Of a DNA stretch of 64,000 nucleotides, positions 17,460 through 25,068 are shown piece after piece (the first letter of the stretch is position 1; every line of letters starts with the position of its first letter). The translations under genes were made by a program, and so were the position numbers. The DNA lies in IMG/VR virus record IMGVR_UViG_3300027793_000052, positions 1-64,000 of that record; one strand, written 5' to 3'. Below the pieces are notes generated by a model, which did no database searches, was not told where the DNA came from, and worked only from the letters and a program-made list of their open reading frames with translations.

Positions 17460-17496
17460 AAAACCCACCACATGAAAATGTCGGTGGGTTTTTTGT
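17460..17496 (+). terminator. Attenuator terminator, tRNA operon 3
   Basis: AAAACCCACC/GGTGGGTTTT plus T run; competing strand at 17401-17412. Confidence 0.8.
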
Positions 17497-17522
17497 TATT
17501 TGACATATTGGTAAATTAAAAT

Positions 17523-17611
17523 GGAGAGTTAAGCAGATGCATTGGAGCGTCGACCAGCTTTGAAACCTGGGTCTCGTTAAGTCGGGTGGGGGTCGGGTCC
17601 TCAGCTCTCCG
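17523..17611 (+). tRNA. tRNA-Ser(UGA)
   Basis: TTTGAAA loop, long variable arm, GGAGAGT/GCTCTCC. Confidence 0.75.
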
Positions 17612-17617
17612 CAAAAT

Positions 17618-17706
17618 GGTGTTAGAGTCGGATATTGGTTAGCCGAGCTTGTCTGTGAAACAAGTGTTCTTTAGTGAACGTGCGGGTTCAATCCCCGTCT
17701 ATCACC
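17618..17706 (+). tRNA. tRNA-His(GUG)
   Basis: CTTGT-CTGTGAA-ACAAG; G-1:C73 pair; enlarged variable region. Confidence 0.8.
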
Positions 17707-17713
17707 CAAATAC

Positions 17714-17788
17714 GGGTCTGTAGTACTAATTGGATAAAACTTTCGGCTGTTAACCGAGATGATGTGAGTTCGAGTCTCACTGGACCCG
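17714..17788 (+). tRNA. tRNA-Asn(GUU) copy 1
   Basis: TTCGG-CTGTTAA-CCGAG. Confidence 0.85.
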
Positions 17789-17795
17789 CTGATTT

Positions 17796-17871
17796 GGACT
17801 GTAAGCTGACAAGGGGTAGCTGTGGCCTGTTAAGCCAAGGGTGGTGGGTTCGATTCCCACACAGTCCGCCA
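17796..17871 (+). tRNA. tRNA-Asn(GUU) copy 2, CCA encoded
   Basis: TGGC-CTGTTAA-GCCA; GGACTGT/ACAGTCC. Confidence 0.85.
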
Positions 17872-17874
17872 AAC

Positions 17875-17946
17875 GGGGGTATAGCTCAGTGGTAGAGCAG
17901 AGAGCTGTTAACTCTAAGGTCGTAGGTTCAATCCCTTCTACCCCCG
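17875..17946 (+). tRNA. tRNA-Asn(GUU) copy 3
   Basis: AGAG-CTGTTAA-CTCT; canonical D-arm. Confidence 0.9.
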
Positions 17947-17953
17947 CAAATAT

Positions 17954-18026
17954 AGTATCGTGTCTGAACGGTTTAGGAACTATCCTGATAAGATAGGAAA
18001 AGTGGGTTCAACTCCCACCGATACTA
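17954..18026 (+). tRNA. tRNA-Ile(GAU)
   Basis: CTATC-CTGATAA-GATAG. Confidence 0.85.
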
Positions 18027-18033
18027 CTAAAAT

Positions 18034-18107
18034 ACATCTGAGACCATATAGGAATTGGTACTGGCTTCCAAACCCAGTTGTTGCAGGTTCGAATCCTGTC
18101 AGATGTG
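18034..18107 (+). tRNA. tRNA-Trp(CCA)
   Basis: TTCCAAA loop; ACATCTG/CAGATGT. Confidence 0.8.
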
Positions 18108-18112
18108 CAAAA

Positions 18113-18202
18113 GGAAGATAGGTAAATATTGGTTTGTTACAGCATCCTGCTAAGATGTCCCGGGTAATACCGGTGAGGGTTCAATTCCCTTGTCTTCCGC
18201 CA
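18113..18202 (+). tRNA. tRNA-Ser(GCU), CCA encoded
   Basis: GCATC-CTGCTAA-GATGT; long variable arm. Confidence 0.88.
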
Positions 18203-18205
18203 AAT

Positions 18206-18293
18206 GGAGAGTTAAGGAAGGGAGTGGTTCCCTCGCTTGTTTGGAAAACAAGAACCCATTAAGTTGGGCACAGTTCGACTCTGTATCTCTCCG
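18206..18293 (+). tRNA. tRNA-Ser(GGA)
   Basis: CTTGT-TTGGAAA-ACAAG; long variable arm. Confidence 0.85.
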
Positions 18294-18303
18294 CTAATAA
18301 CAT

Positions 18304-18375
18304 GGGCGTGTCATATAAGGGTTATTATGCGAAGCTTATACCTTCGTCAAGGTGGCTCAACTCCACCCACGCCTA
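18304..18375 (+). tRNA. tRNA-Ile(UAU)
   Basis: CGAAG-CTTATAC-CTTCG; GGGCGTG/CACGCCT. Confidence 0.78.
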
Positions 18376-18380
18376 CAAAT

Positions 18381-18455
18381 GGTTCCATAGTGTAATTGGA
18401 TAACACGCAAAGCTACGAACTTTGAGACTTGAGGGTTCAAATCCTTCTGGAACTA
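18381..18455 (+). tRNA. tRNA-Arg(ACG)
   Basis: CAAAG-CTACGAA-CTTTG. Confidence 0.88.
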
Positions 18456-18460
18456 CTAAC

Positions 18461-18487
18461 AAACCCACCCCATGGTGGGTTTTTTTA
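18461..18487 (+). terminator. Terminator ending tRNA operon 3
   Basis: AAACCCACC/GGTGGGTTT plus T run. Confidence 0.8.
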
Positions 18488-18522
18488 TTTACATATGCCC
18501 CTAGTTTAAGTATAATTTATAT

Positions 18523-19041
18523 ATGATTAAAAATAGTATTCCTGAACATAGAATGGGTGTACATGTTTCTGTACCGATAGAAGATATTAGACAGAACATG
18601 GATTTTGGTAATATAATCCAACCTAGATGGTTATTAACAATACCACACAATCATGGTTTATATCAGTATTTAGTAAAAACAGATGGTCCATCAGTGGTAA
18701 CAGTTGGTAATATTGATTTTGGTGTACCAAGATTGGAATGGCAACCATTAAAATTAACCGTTGTAAGATGTGATGATTATGACACCACAAATACTATAAC
18801 TTATACCAGTGGTACAATTACATTAGGTGATAGTCCTTTAGATGTAATCAGAAATTGGATGATGAGTTATGAAAAGAAAAATATTAGGTTGGAAAAAATA
18901 AACCATAATGGTTTATGGCATGAAAGGTTTGATATAAGAGGTTCATTTATAACAGAAATGAATCATGAGGTAATTATGGATAGGGAGATCAGTCAAATGG
19001 AGATAACAATAAATTTTGACCATTTACAGTATATATTATGA
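18523..19041 (+). CDS. Divergent T4 gp19-like tail tube paralog
   Basis: EWQPLKLT..VIRNWM..KKNIRLEKINHNG..ERFDIRGSFITE..EITINFD resembles the gp19-type pattern. Confidence 0.45.
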   Translation: MIKNSIPEHRMGVHVSVPIEDIRQNMDFGNIIQPRWLLTIPHNHGLYQYLVKTDGPSVVTVGNIDFGVPRLEWQPLKLTVVRCDDYDTTNTITYTSGTITLGDSPLDVIRNWMMSYEKKNIRLEKINHNGLWHERFDIRGSFITEMNHEVIMDREISQMEITINFDHLQYIL

Positions 19042-19508
19042 AAGAAAAAATTATGAGCAAGGTGTTGAAAAAGATAATAAAAGAATCGTTATTGTTAGAA
19101 TCTATAGATATTTTTGATATAAATAACATACCTTGTGAGTTTAATATACATACTGAAAATAATAATAACATAACAGTAATATTCACACCAAATTCAGAAG
19201 ACTTTTACCAATTAAGTATTGAAATAAAAGATGACGGTTGTTATTATGTTATATTCGGTGTTATTATTGATGATGTAGTTAGAACATCTTTGACTTTAAA
19301 TAGTGATTACAGACTTAAAGTTTTATCTACTGTGTTCTCTTTAATTAAATACTATACAGATAAGTATAACGTTGAATGTTTGGAAATGGATATAGATGAT
19401 GAAATGAGATTAAAATTATATAATCTTTATTTTAGTAAACATTTTAAAAATTTCCAAGTAGATAAGTTAGGTAACAAAGTGAGATTAGTAAAAAATGATA
19501 AACTTTAA
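19038..19508 (+). CDS. Hypothetical protein with KVLKKIIKE leader
   Basis: ORF track; leader motif. Confidence 0.55.
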   Translation: MKEKIMSKVLKKIIKESLLLESIDIFDINNIPCEFNIHTENNNNITVIFTPNSEDFYQLSIEIKDDGCYYVIFGVIIDDVVRTSLTLNSDYRLKVLSTVFSLIKYYTDKYNVECLEMDIDDEMRLKLYNLYFSKHFKNFQVDKLGNKVRLVKNDKL

Positions 19509-19812
19509 TCAATATTTTAAAGAAATTGTTAGACCAATAATTGGTGGGGATATGATAAAGGATGTTATATTGGTTAATAACGCTAAAATTAAAAATATAA
19601 CAATAACGGAAGAAATTGAGTTACAAAAAAATAGTGTAGGTATTGATTTAATTGAGGATTGGACTTTTGATTTTATAGACCTTATTCAAAAAATAGAAAA
19701 AGATTATGGAATCACAATAAAAGATGATGAATATTGTTGTGATAATAACGGTTATTTCACTGTTAAAACTTTTGATGAATTAAATGATATTATAAAAAAT
19801 AAAACATTATGA
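19495..19812 (+). CDS. Acyl-carrier-protein-like protein lacking the DSL serine
   Basis: WTFDFIDLIQKIEKDYGITIKDDE...TFDELNDII aligns to the ACP helix II-IV pattern. Confidence 0.4.
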   Translation: MINFNQYFKEIVRPIIGGDMIKDVILVNNAKIKNITITEEIELQKNSVGIDLIEDWTFDFIDLIQKIEKDYGITIKDDEYCCDNNGYFTVKTFDELNDIIKNKTL

Positions 19813-20081
19813 AAGAAAAAATTATGAGCAAGGTTTTTATAACCTTATTGGTTGTATGGGTGTTTTCGGCAGTTTATTTGTCGATTAATTCAATTTTTGG
19901 TATCTTTATGGATACAAATCCAAATATATCTAAAGCCATATTAGGTTTTAGTTTTTTAGGTATGGTTGGTTCTGGTATCGTTAACAAATTTATTGGTAAC
20001 GATTTAAATAAAATCGGTGAAGATTTAAAACAAAAAGGTTGTAAAACTTGTAAACAAAAGAATAAGAATGGGAATGTTTGA
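19809..20081 (+). CDS. Membrane protein
   Basis: Two TM segments; C-terminal CKTC. Confidence 0.55.
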   Translation: MKEKIMSKVFITLLVVWVFSAVYLSINSIFGIFMDTNPNISKAILGFSFLGMVGSGIVNKFIGNDLNKIGEDLKQKGCKTCKQKNKNGNV

Positions 20082-20541
20082 TTATCTTAATGTTGACATC
20101 AATATTCTACCTGATTTAACAGAAGAAGAAAGGGTTAAATTAGGTGGTAATAATATTGATTGGCAAACAAAACATTTTGAATGTGAAATGACCCATGTTT
20201 ATATTGTTGAGGATACAGAAAATAAATTTAGACATTCATTCTTAAAAAACAGAACACCTTATAAATTACAAATAAAAAGATTTGATTGGGAAGAGGTACC
20301 AAAAGAAGAAAGACCGTACCCAAATGCTGATGAAAATTCTTTTGAACACCTTCTAGGTTCTTTTAGGGAAATTAATGTAAGAGTTGAAGATTTAGATTAT
20401 ACAGGAACTTTTACTTTCTATACTTATATAAAACCAGAAGATGAGGGGATTGGTGATGTTAAAAAGTTAAAATGGGTTGAGTTTATTTGTGAAGTTGAAA
20501 ATGGTAAAATAATTTCAATAAAGCGGTTGACAGATGAATAA
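20068..20541 (+). CDS. Hypothetical phage protein
   Basis: ORF track. Confidence 0.55.
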   Translation: MGMFDYLNVDINILPDLTEEERVKLGGNNIDWQTKHFECEMTHVYIVEDTENKFRHSFLKNRTPYKLQIKRFDWEEVPKEERPYPNADENSFEHLLGSFREINVRVEDLDYTGTFTFYTYIKPEDEGIGDVKKLKWVEFICEVENGKIISIKRLTDE

Positions 20542-20760
20542 TAATCCTTATATTTGTATAAGAAATAAAAATACATAACATAAATTTAACATAAGCGTTG
20601 ACAAATAAATAAAACTTTATTAATTTTGTCCATATTTATTTATAGAAGTTGTGGTTCTGATGGGTTTCAGGAACCACCCCAAAAAAGACAGATACAGAAC
20701 GGGGACTGTTTACAACGAAAACCCCACAAAAAAAACTATAAACAAATTAAAACTAAAAAA

Positions 20761-20868
20761 ATGAGAAAGAATTACACATATCAACCGAGTACACCGAAAG
20801 CAGGGAAAGTAGCCGATAAAGGCTGTGATACCTTGAATGGTTGTGGTATGTACAATTCTGTCTCATAA
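20761..20868 (+). CDS. Leader peptide 4 (MRKNYTYQPSTPKAGKVADKGCDTLNGCGMYNSVS)
   Basis: 11 of 12 codons in PKAGKVADKGCD are from the Y/P/D/G/A/C/K set of downstream tRNAs. Confidence 0.78.
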   Translation: MRKNYTYQPSTPKAGKVADKGCDTLNGCGMYNSVS

Positions 20869-20892
20869 GAATATATAGAGAAGAGTTTAAAT

Positions 20893-20930
20893 AACCCCCA
20901 CAACCGATAAAAAAGTTGTGGGGGTTTTTG
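20893..20930 (+). terminator. Attenuator terminator, tRNA operon 4
   Basis: AACCCCCACAAC/GTTGTGGGGGTT plus T run; competing GGTTGTGG at 20839-20846. Confidence 0.85.
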
Positions 20931-20943
20931 TTTATAGTTATAC

Positions 20944-21025
20944 CCGTAAGTTGAACAGGTGGTGAGTTCCGTTGACTGTAGATCAACCGTTTTAAACTGT
21001 GGGGGTTCGATTCCCTCCTTACGGA
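20944..21025 (+). tRNA. tRNA-Tyr(GUA)
   Basis: GTTGA-CTGTAGA-TCAAC; variable arm. Confidence 0.85.
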
Positions 21026-21045
21026 CAAAAACGTTCATTGAAAAT

Positions 21046-21169
21046 AAAAAGAATAGAAGCGGTGGTATTGGTTACATCGATAATGGATATCAATTTGACA
21101 GCAAATCAAACGTTGTGGGTTCGAGTCCCATGATAAAAAACACCGATATTTTTATTCTCTGTTCTTTTT
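21046..21169 (+). ncRNA. tRNA-Cys-like body closed by a Y-like stem
   Basis: GAAGCGGT-N8-TTACATC motif, D-like hairpin, TTTGA-CAGCAAA-TCAAA, GTGGG-TTCGAGT-CCCAT; no normal acceptor stem. Confidence 0.55.
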
Positions 21170-21175
21170 AAATAT

Positions 21176-21254
21176 ATGGGGTTGGAGGAGTCAGGTTTTC
21201 CTCGCTTGGTTTGGGACCAAGAGACTTGCGTGGGTTCAAATCCCACACCCCATA
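21176..21254 (+). tRNA. tRNA-Pro(UGG)
   Basis: CTTGG-TTTGGGA-CCAAG. Confidence 0.82.
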
Positions 21255-21260
21255 CAAAAC

Positions 21261-21338
21261 GGATACGGCGCATAACGGCTGGTGTACCTGACTGTCTATC
21301 AGGTTTTAAGAGGGTTCGACTCCCTTCGTATCCGCCAA
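21261..21338 (+). tRNA. tRNA-Asp(GUC), CCA encoded
   Basis: CCTGA-CTGTCTA-TCAGG. Confidence 0.88.
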
Positions 21339-21340
21339 TG

Positions 21341-21410
21341 CGGGATTAGCATAAAGTTAATGTACTAGTCTTCCAAACTAGTGAAGTCGGATAGTTACCG
21401 GCATCCCGCT
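21341..21410 (+). tRNA. tRNA-Gly(UCC)
   Basis: CTAGT-CTTCCAA-ACTAG; GCGGGAT/ATCCCGC, U73; non-canonical T-loop. Confidence 0.78.
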
Positions 21411-21420
21411 CTAAAATTAT

Positions 21421-21495
21421 GGGCTACATCCCGAAGGCAGGGCACTTGATTTGCACTCAAGTGAAAACGGTAGGGTTCGATTCCCTCGTGGTCCA
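21421..21495 (+). tRNA. tRNA-Ala(UGC)
   Basis: CTTGA-TTTGCAC-TCAAG; G3-U70. Confidence 0.85.
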
Positions 21496-21509
21496 CAAAT
21501 ATAATAAAA

Positions 21510-21600
21510 GGGTCTGTGGTGTGAGTGGTTTAAACCACCTGTCTGCAAAACAGGGATGACAATTAATTTTGTTACGTCAGTTCGAATCTGACCAGACCCT
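21510..21600 (+). tRNA. tRNA-Cys(GCA) with long variable arm
   Basis: CCTGT-CTGCAAA-ACAGG; U73. Confidence 0.82.
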
Positions 21601-21612
21601 CTAAAAAATAAA

Positions 21613-21687
21613 GACCTCGTAACTTAGTTGGTTTAAAGTGCTAATCTTTTAAATTAGAAATCGTGAGTTCGAATCTCACCGGGGTCA
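21613..21687 (+). tRNA. tRNA-Lys(UUU)
   Basis: CTAAT-CTTTTAA-ATTAG. Confidence 0.88.
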
Positions 21688-21688
21688 C

Positions 21689-22141
21689 TTAACCACCATA
21701 ACAATCAATACCTTTTATGGTTATTGTTGTATCGTTTTTAATTGTAATTTCTGTTTTTTCAGGGAAATATTCCTCATGGGTTAAATCATTACTACACTCA
21801 ACCCTAGGATTGTCCAATTTTATAATAAGTTTATCATCTGATATCACACCTCTAATTGGTGTGTCTAACTTATAATAAACATTACCACCATCATAATCTT
21901 TATGTACTGTTCTTTCGTAAAATATTGAACCAAATATTGAATCTGAAAATACTGATTTTGTGTAATCTATAGTACAATAATAAGAAGTGTTACCACTCAT
22001 AGTACTACGAATTTGACCTTCATATCTATAACTCGAACTAAACAATCCACAAATCAAGGCAATTATAATCACCAAAAATACTAATCCACCGCCTCCACCA
22101 CTAGGTGTTGATGGTACCCATACCCAAAAACCTTTTGACAT
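21689..22141 (-). CDS. Membrane-anchored hypothetical protein
   Basis: N-terminal hydrophobic segment. Confidence 0.5.
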   Translation of the reverse strand: MSKGFWVWVPSTPSGGGGGLVFLVIIIALICGLFSSSYRYEGQIRSTMSGNTSYYCTIDYTKSVFSDSIFGSIFYERTVHKDYDGGNVYYKLDTPIRGVISDDKLIIKLDNPRVECSNDLTHEEYFPEKTEITIKNDTTITIKGIDCYGG

Positions 22142-22152
22142 AATCTTTATTT

Positions 22153-22341
22153 TTAATTAAAAACCTCACTACTTAATTTTAAATATTTAATATGTTTTAT
22201 TGGTAATAAATTACCCTCGTAACGTAATTCCAAACAAAGTTCACCTTTGTTATTTGTTACAACAATCCCTGTTGAAAATACATCCATTGGTACATCCAGT
22301 TCATCACCAATTTTAATTTCGTTACCGTTTAAATCTTTCAT
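22153..22341 (-). CDS. Small hypothetical protein
   Basis: MKDLNGNEIKIGD start pattern. Confidence 0.5.
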   Translation of the reverse strand: MKDLNGNEIKIGDELDVPMDVFSTGIVVTNNKGELCLELRYEGNLLPIKHIKYLKLSSEVFN

Positions 22342-22342
22342 T

Positions 22343-23311
22343 TTAAGTTGTTTTTGGAAAATAAAAATTTGAGTTTGTTATTCTAACACCTTCTAACATT
22401 AATTTTATATTTAAATCATTAATGATAGCCTGTGCTTCTTTTTCATCATACAAGTCTAAATCTACGGTAAAAGAATTATATTTTCCACCGCCACCTTTAA
22501 CTGAATTGTATTTTACGTTCATGGAATCTAGTCTATCCATTAGTCTAAATTTATTGTAAGTTGGTTCCGAAACCTCAAAACTCATAATACAATTTACGTC
22601 TGGTTTTTTATACCTAAAACCCATAACTCTTTGACTATCTTCGTTTAAATTTTCAATCACGTTATTATCTACAATATAACCCCATTTTCTATATGGTGTT
22701 TGTATTAAATGTCTTTTAGCATAATCTCGCCAAGTATTTAAAACAGTTTTAATTTCATCAGGGTGTATGTTAATACTTTCCAAATAATTACCAAACTCAT
22801 CAATTAAAATATTTAATGGTTCTTTCATAGTTTTAGCCTTTTTATATAAACCTCTAACATACGCTTCAACCTCATAAGGTTCCGTAAGGTATTCATAATA
22901 TTCTAAATCCTCTGGATATCTTCTTTTTGTTGAAAAAAAGCTTCCACGTTCTTTTACTTTAAATCTATCTTGTGCTATGTGTTCAATTTCGTGCCTAATT
23001 ATATTTTTTAGTTCAGCAACCAATTTATTTAAATCGGTATAAAAATCTTGTTCATTACTAGATACGGTTATATCTAATATCATTTTTTTATATTTACCTC
23101 TATTTGGAGACAATTCCATATGGCCACCAACCAAAGGTTCTTTTAAATTATCCATTTCTTTTATCTTAACGATTACGTCAATAAAAGTTCTACTAAATAA
23201 CCTTATTCTTGTTCTATATTTTTTTACACCTTTTTTAACAGCATAGATAATTTCTTTTGTTAATTCATTAGTTACATTATCGTACCTACCTTCGTTTAAT
23301 AAATTACTCAT
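22343..23311 (-). CDS. HExxH putative metallopeptidase
   Basis: IRHEIEHIAQ...EVEAYVRG; paralog of the C-terminal module of 40204-42819. Confidence 0.6.
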   Translation of the reverse strand: MSNLLNEGRYDNVTNELTKEIIYAVKKGVKKYRTRIRLFSRTFIDVIVKIKEMDNLKEPLVGGHMELSPNRGKYKKMILDITVSSNEQDFYTDLNKLVAELKNIIRHEIEHIAQDRFKVKERGSFFSTKRRYPEDLEYYEYLTEPYEVEAYVRGLYKKAKTMKEPLNILIDEFGNYLESINIHPDEIKTVLNTWRDYAKRHLIQTPYRKWGYIVDNNVIENLNEDSQRVMGFRYKKPDVNCIMSFEVSEPTYNKFRLMDRLDSMNVKYNSVKGGGGKYNSFTVDLDLYDEKEAQAIINDLNIKLMLEGVRITNSNFYFPKTT

Positions 23312-23381
23312 TGATTTTGCTATATGATATAAATATCATATATTTGGTGTTATGAATATATTATTTTATAAAAATTGATGT

Positions 23382-24170
23382 ATGCCAGAAATTAGTGAAG
23401 TTAGAATAATGTCAGAATACATTAATGAAGTTAGTCAGGATAAAACTTTTATTAACATTAAAAAATCTGAGGTAAGTAAGATAAAAACTAACTTGGATTA
23501 TGACTGGTCTGTTGGTTTTAAGTTAAAATCAGAAAGCAGGGGTAAAGAATTAATTTTAAAGTTAGAAAGTTTAAATAAATCTTTATTAACCAACATGGGA
23601 ATGTCTGGTAATTGGGTTTTTATTAAAAATAAAATAACCCCAAAACACGCACATTTGATATTTGAAACCACAGATGGTGGGTTATTGTGTTTGGTTGATG
23701 TTAGAAGGTTTGCCAAATGGAAATGGTCAGAAACTTGGTCTGAAAATAGGGGACCTGATCCTATAAAAGAACATTTAAAATTTAAAGAAAATATTCTTGA
23801 TAACTTAAATAAAAAAGATTTTCAAAAACCAATTTATGAACTGATGATGAACCAAAAATATTTTAATGGTATTGGGAATTATTTAAGGTCGGAAATAATC
23901 AACAGAATAAACGATAACCCTTTTTTAACTTCAAAAGAATTTATCACAAAAAACCCAAATTTTTTTGATGTTTGTAAAGACGTTATATTGGAATCTTATG
24001 TTTTAGGTGGGGGTCAACTTAAAGAATGGGTAAATCCTTTTAATGAGGATAAAATAACATTTTCAGAATGGTTAAAATGTTATGGCAAAAAAAATATGTC
24101 CACAATTATAGATAAAAATGGTAGAAAGTTTTGGTATAACCCAAAATTTGATTTATCTTTGGTTAGTTAA
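23382..24170 (+). CDS. Fpg/Nei-family DNA glycosylase
   Basis: N-terminal MPE, GMSG, H2TH GIGNYLRSEI. Confidence 0.85.
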   Translation: MPEISEVRIMSEYINEVSQDKTFINIKKSEVSKIKTNLDYDWSVGFKLKSESRGKELILKLESLNKSLLTNMGMSGNWVFIKNKITPKHAHLIFETTDGGLLCLVDVRRFAKWKWSETWSENRGPDPIKEHLKFKENILDNLNKKDFQKPIYELMMNQKYFNGIGNYLRSEIINRINDNPFLTSKEFITKNPNFFDVCKDVILESYVLGGGQLKEWVNPFNEDKITFSEWLKCYGKKNMSTIIDKNGRKFWYNPKFDLSLVS

Positions 24171-24186
24171 TTTTAAAAGAAAAAAT

Positions 24187-24384
24187 ATGAGTAAGATTAA
24201 AGATGAAAATTTTGACGAAATAATTTTTCGTAAAGAATTACTTAAAGTTTATAAAGAATTGGAAAATCATCCAACATTTGAAGAATTTAGTCCTATAGTT
24301 TTGGCTAAAAGTCTTTATGGTAAGTTTCATTTAAATGATGAAGATGTTTTGATGGCTGTTAAAATGTATTATAATTTTGAGTAA
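24187..24384 (+). CDS. Hypothetical protein
   Basis: ORF track (ATG at 24187). Confidence 0.45.
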   Translation: MSKIKDENFDEIIFRKELLKVYKELENHPTFEEFSPIVLAKSLYGKFHLNDEDVLMAVKMYYNFE

Positions 24385-24661
24385 GTTTAGTAAATATAGG
24401 GAAAAACCTAATTGGAAACCTAAGGAAGGTAACCTTATTCTAATAAATACTAATGGTTGTTTGATGGAGGTTGGTGGTACTGAAGATATTGACGGGGAAA
24501 GAAAAGTTTCTTTAAATATGGATTGTGGTGATTATAACTTAGGGGTTGAAATGGTGCCTATCAGAGATTTAATTCAAAAAGTTAGAAATGGTGAATGGAA
24601 AATTGTTAAAGATGGACCGATAGAACCCGAAAAAATATTAAAGCAATATAAATTTATTTGA
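24377..24661 (+). CDS. Hypothetical protein
   Basis: ORF track. Confidence 0.45.
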   Translation: MSKFSKYREKPNWKPKEGNLILINTNGCLMEVGGTEDIDGERKVSLNMDCGDYNLGVEMVPIRDLIQKVRNGEWKIVKDGPIEPEKILKQYKFI

Positions 24662-24704
24662 TATTTTCTTGACTGTTAATAATTTTTTTTGTAATTTTAC
24701 TTTG

Positions 24705-24836
24705 TGACGAGTGGCGGAGGGTATACGCGGTTCATCGACGGATGGATTGGTTCAAAACACTAAGGTTACATATTGGTACCTTTAAATATTTGACACGAAA
24801 TAGAACATCGAAAGGTTTAAATCCTTTCCTCGTCAA
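24705..24836 (+). ncRNA. tRNA-like RNA with expanded anticodon region
   Basis: TGACGAG/CTCGTCA acceptor, GTGGCGGA-type D-arm, GAAAGG-TTTAAAT-CCTTTC T-arm; followed by a terminator. Confidence 0.5.
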
Positions 24837-25068
24837 AAAATTCCCCCGATTGATTGAGATTTATCTCTCTCGGGGGGTTTTTAATTTAAAAACTTTTTAC
24901 TATATTTGTAATAAACCTTAGAATAATGAAAGAATATAAATTAGTGTCTAAAGGGGGTGAAAAAATTTCTAAATACTCCACATATAGTTTAGAATTAGCT
25001 ATTGAGTATTTTGCTAAAGTCAAAAAGTTAAAAGTTTCACAATTATTAAAAATTTATAACGTAGAAGA

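Noticed and set aside
17674-17895. 73-aa ORF
   Set aside because: Runs through tRNA-His and tRNA-Asn genes
20753-21171. Several short ORFs on both strands
   Set aside because: Overlap the attenuator, tRNA-Tyr and the Y-like RNA; only the 20761-20868 leader is supported
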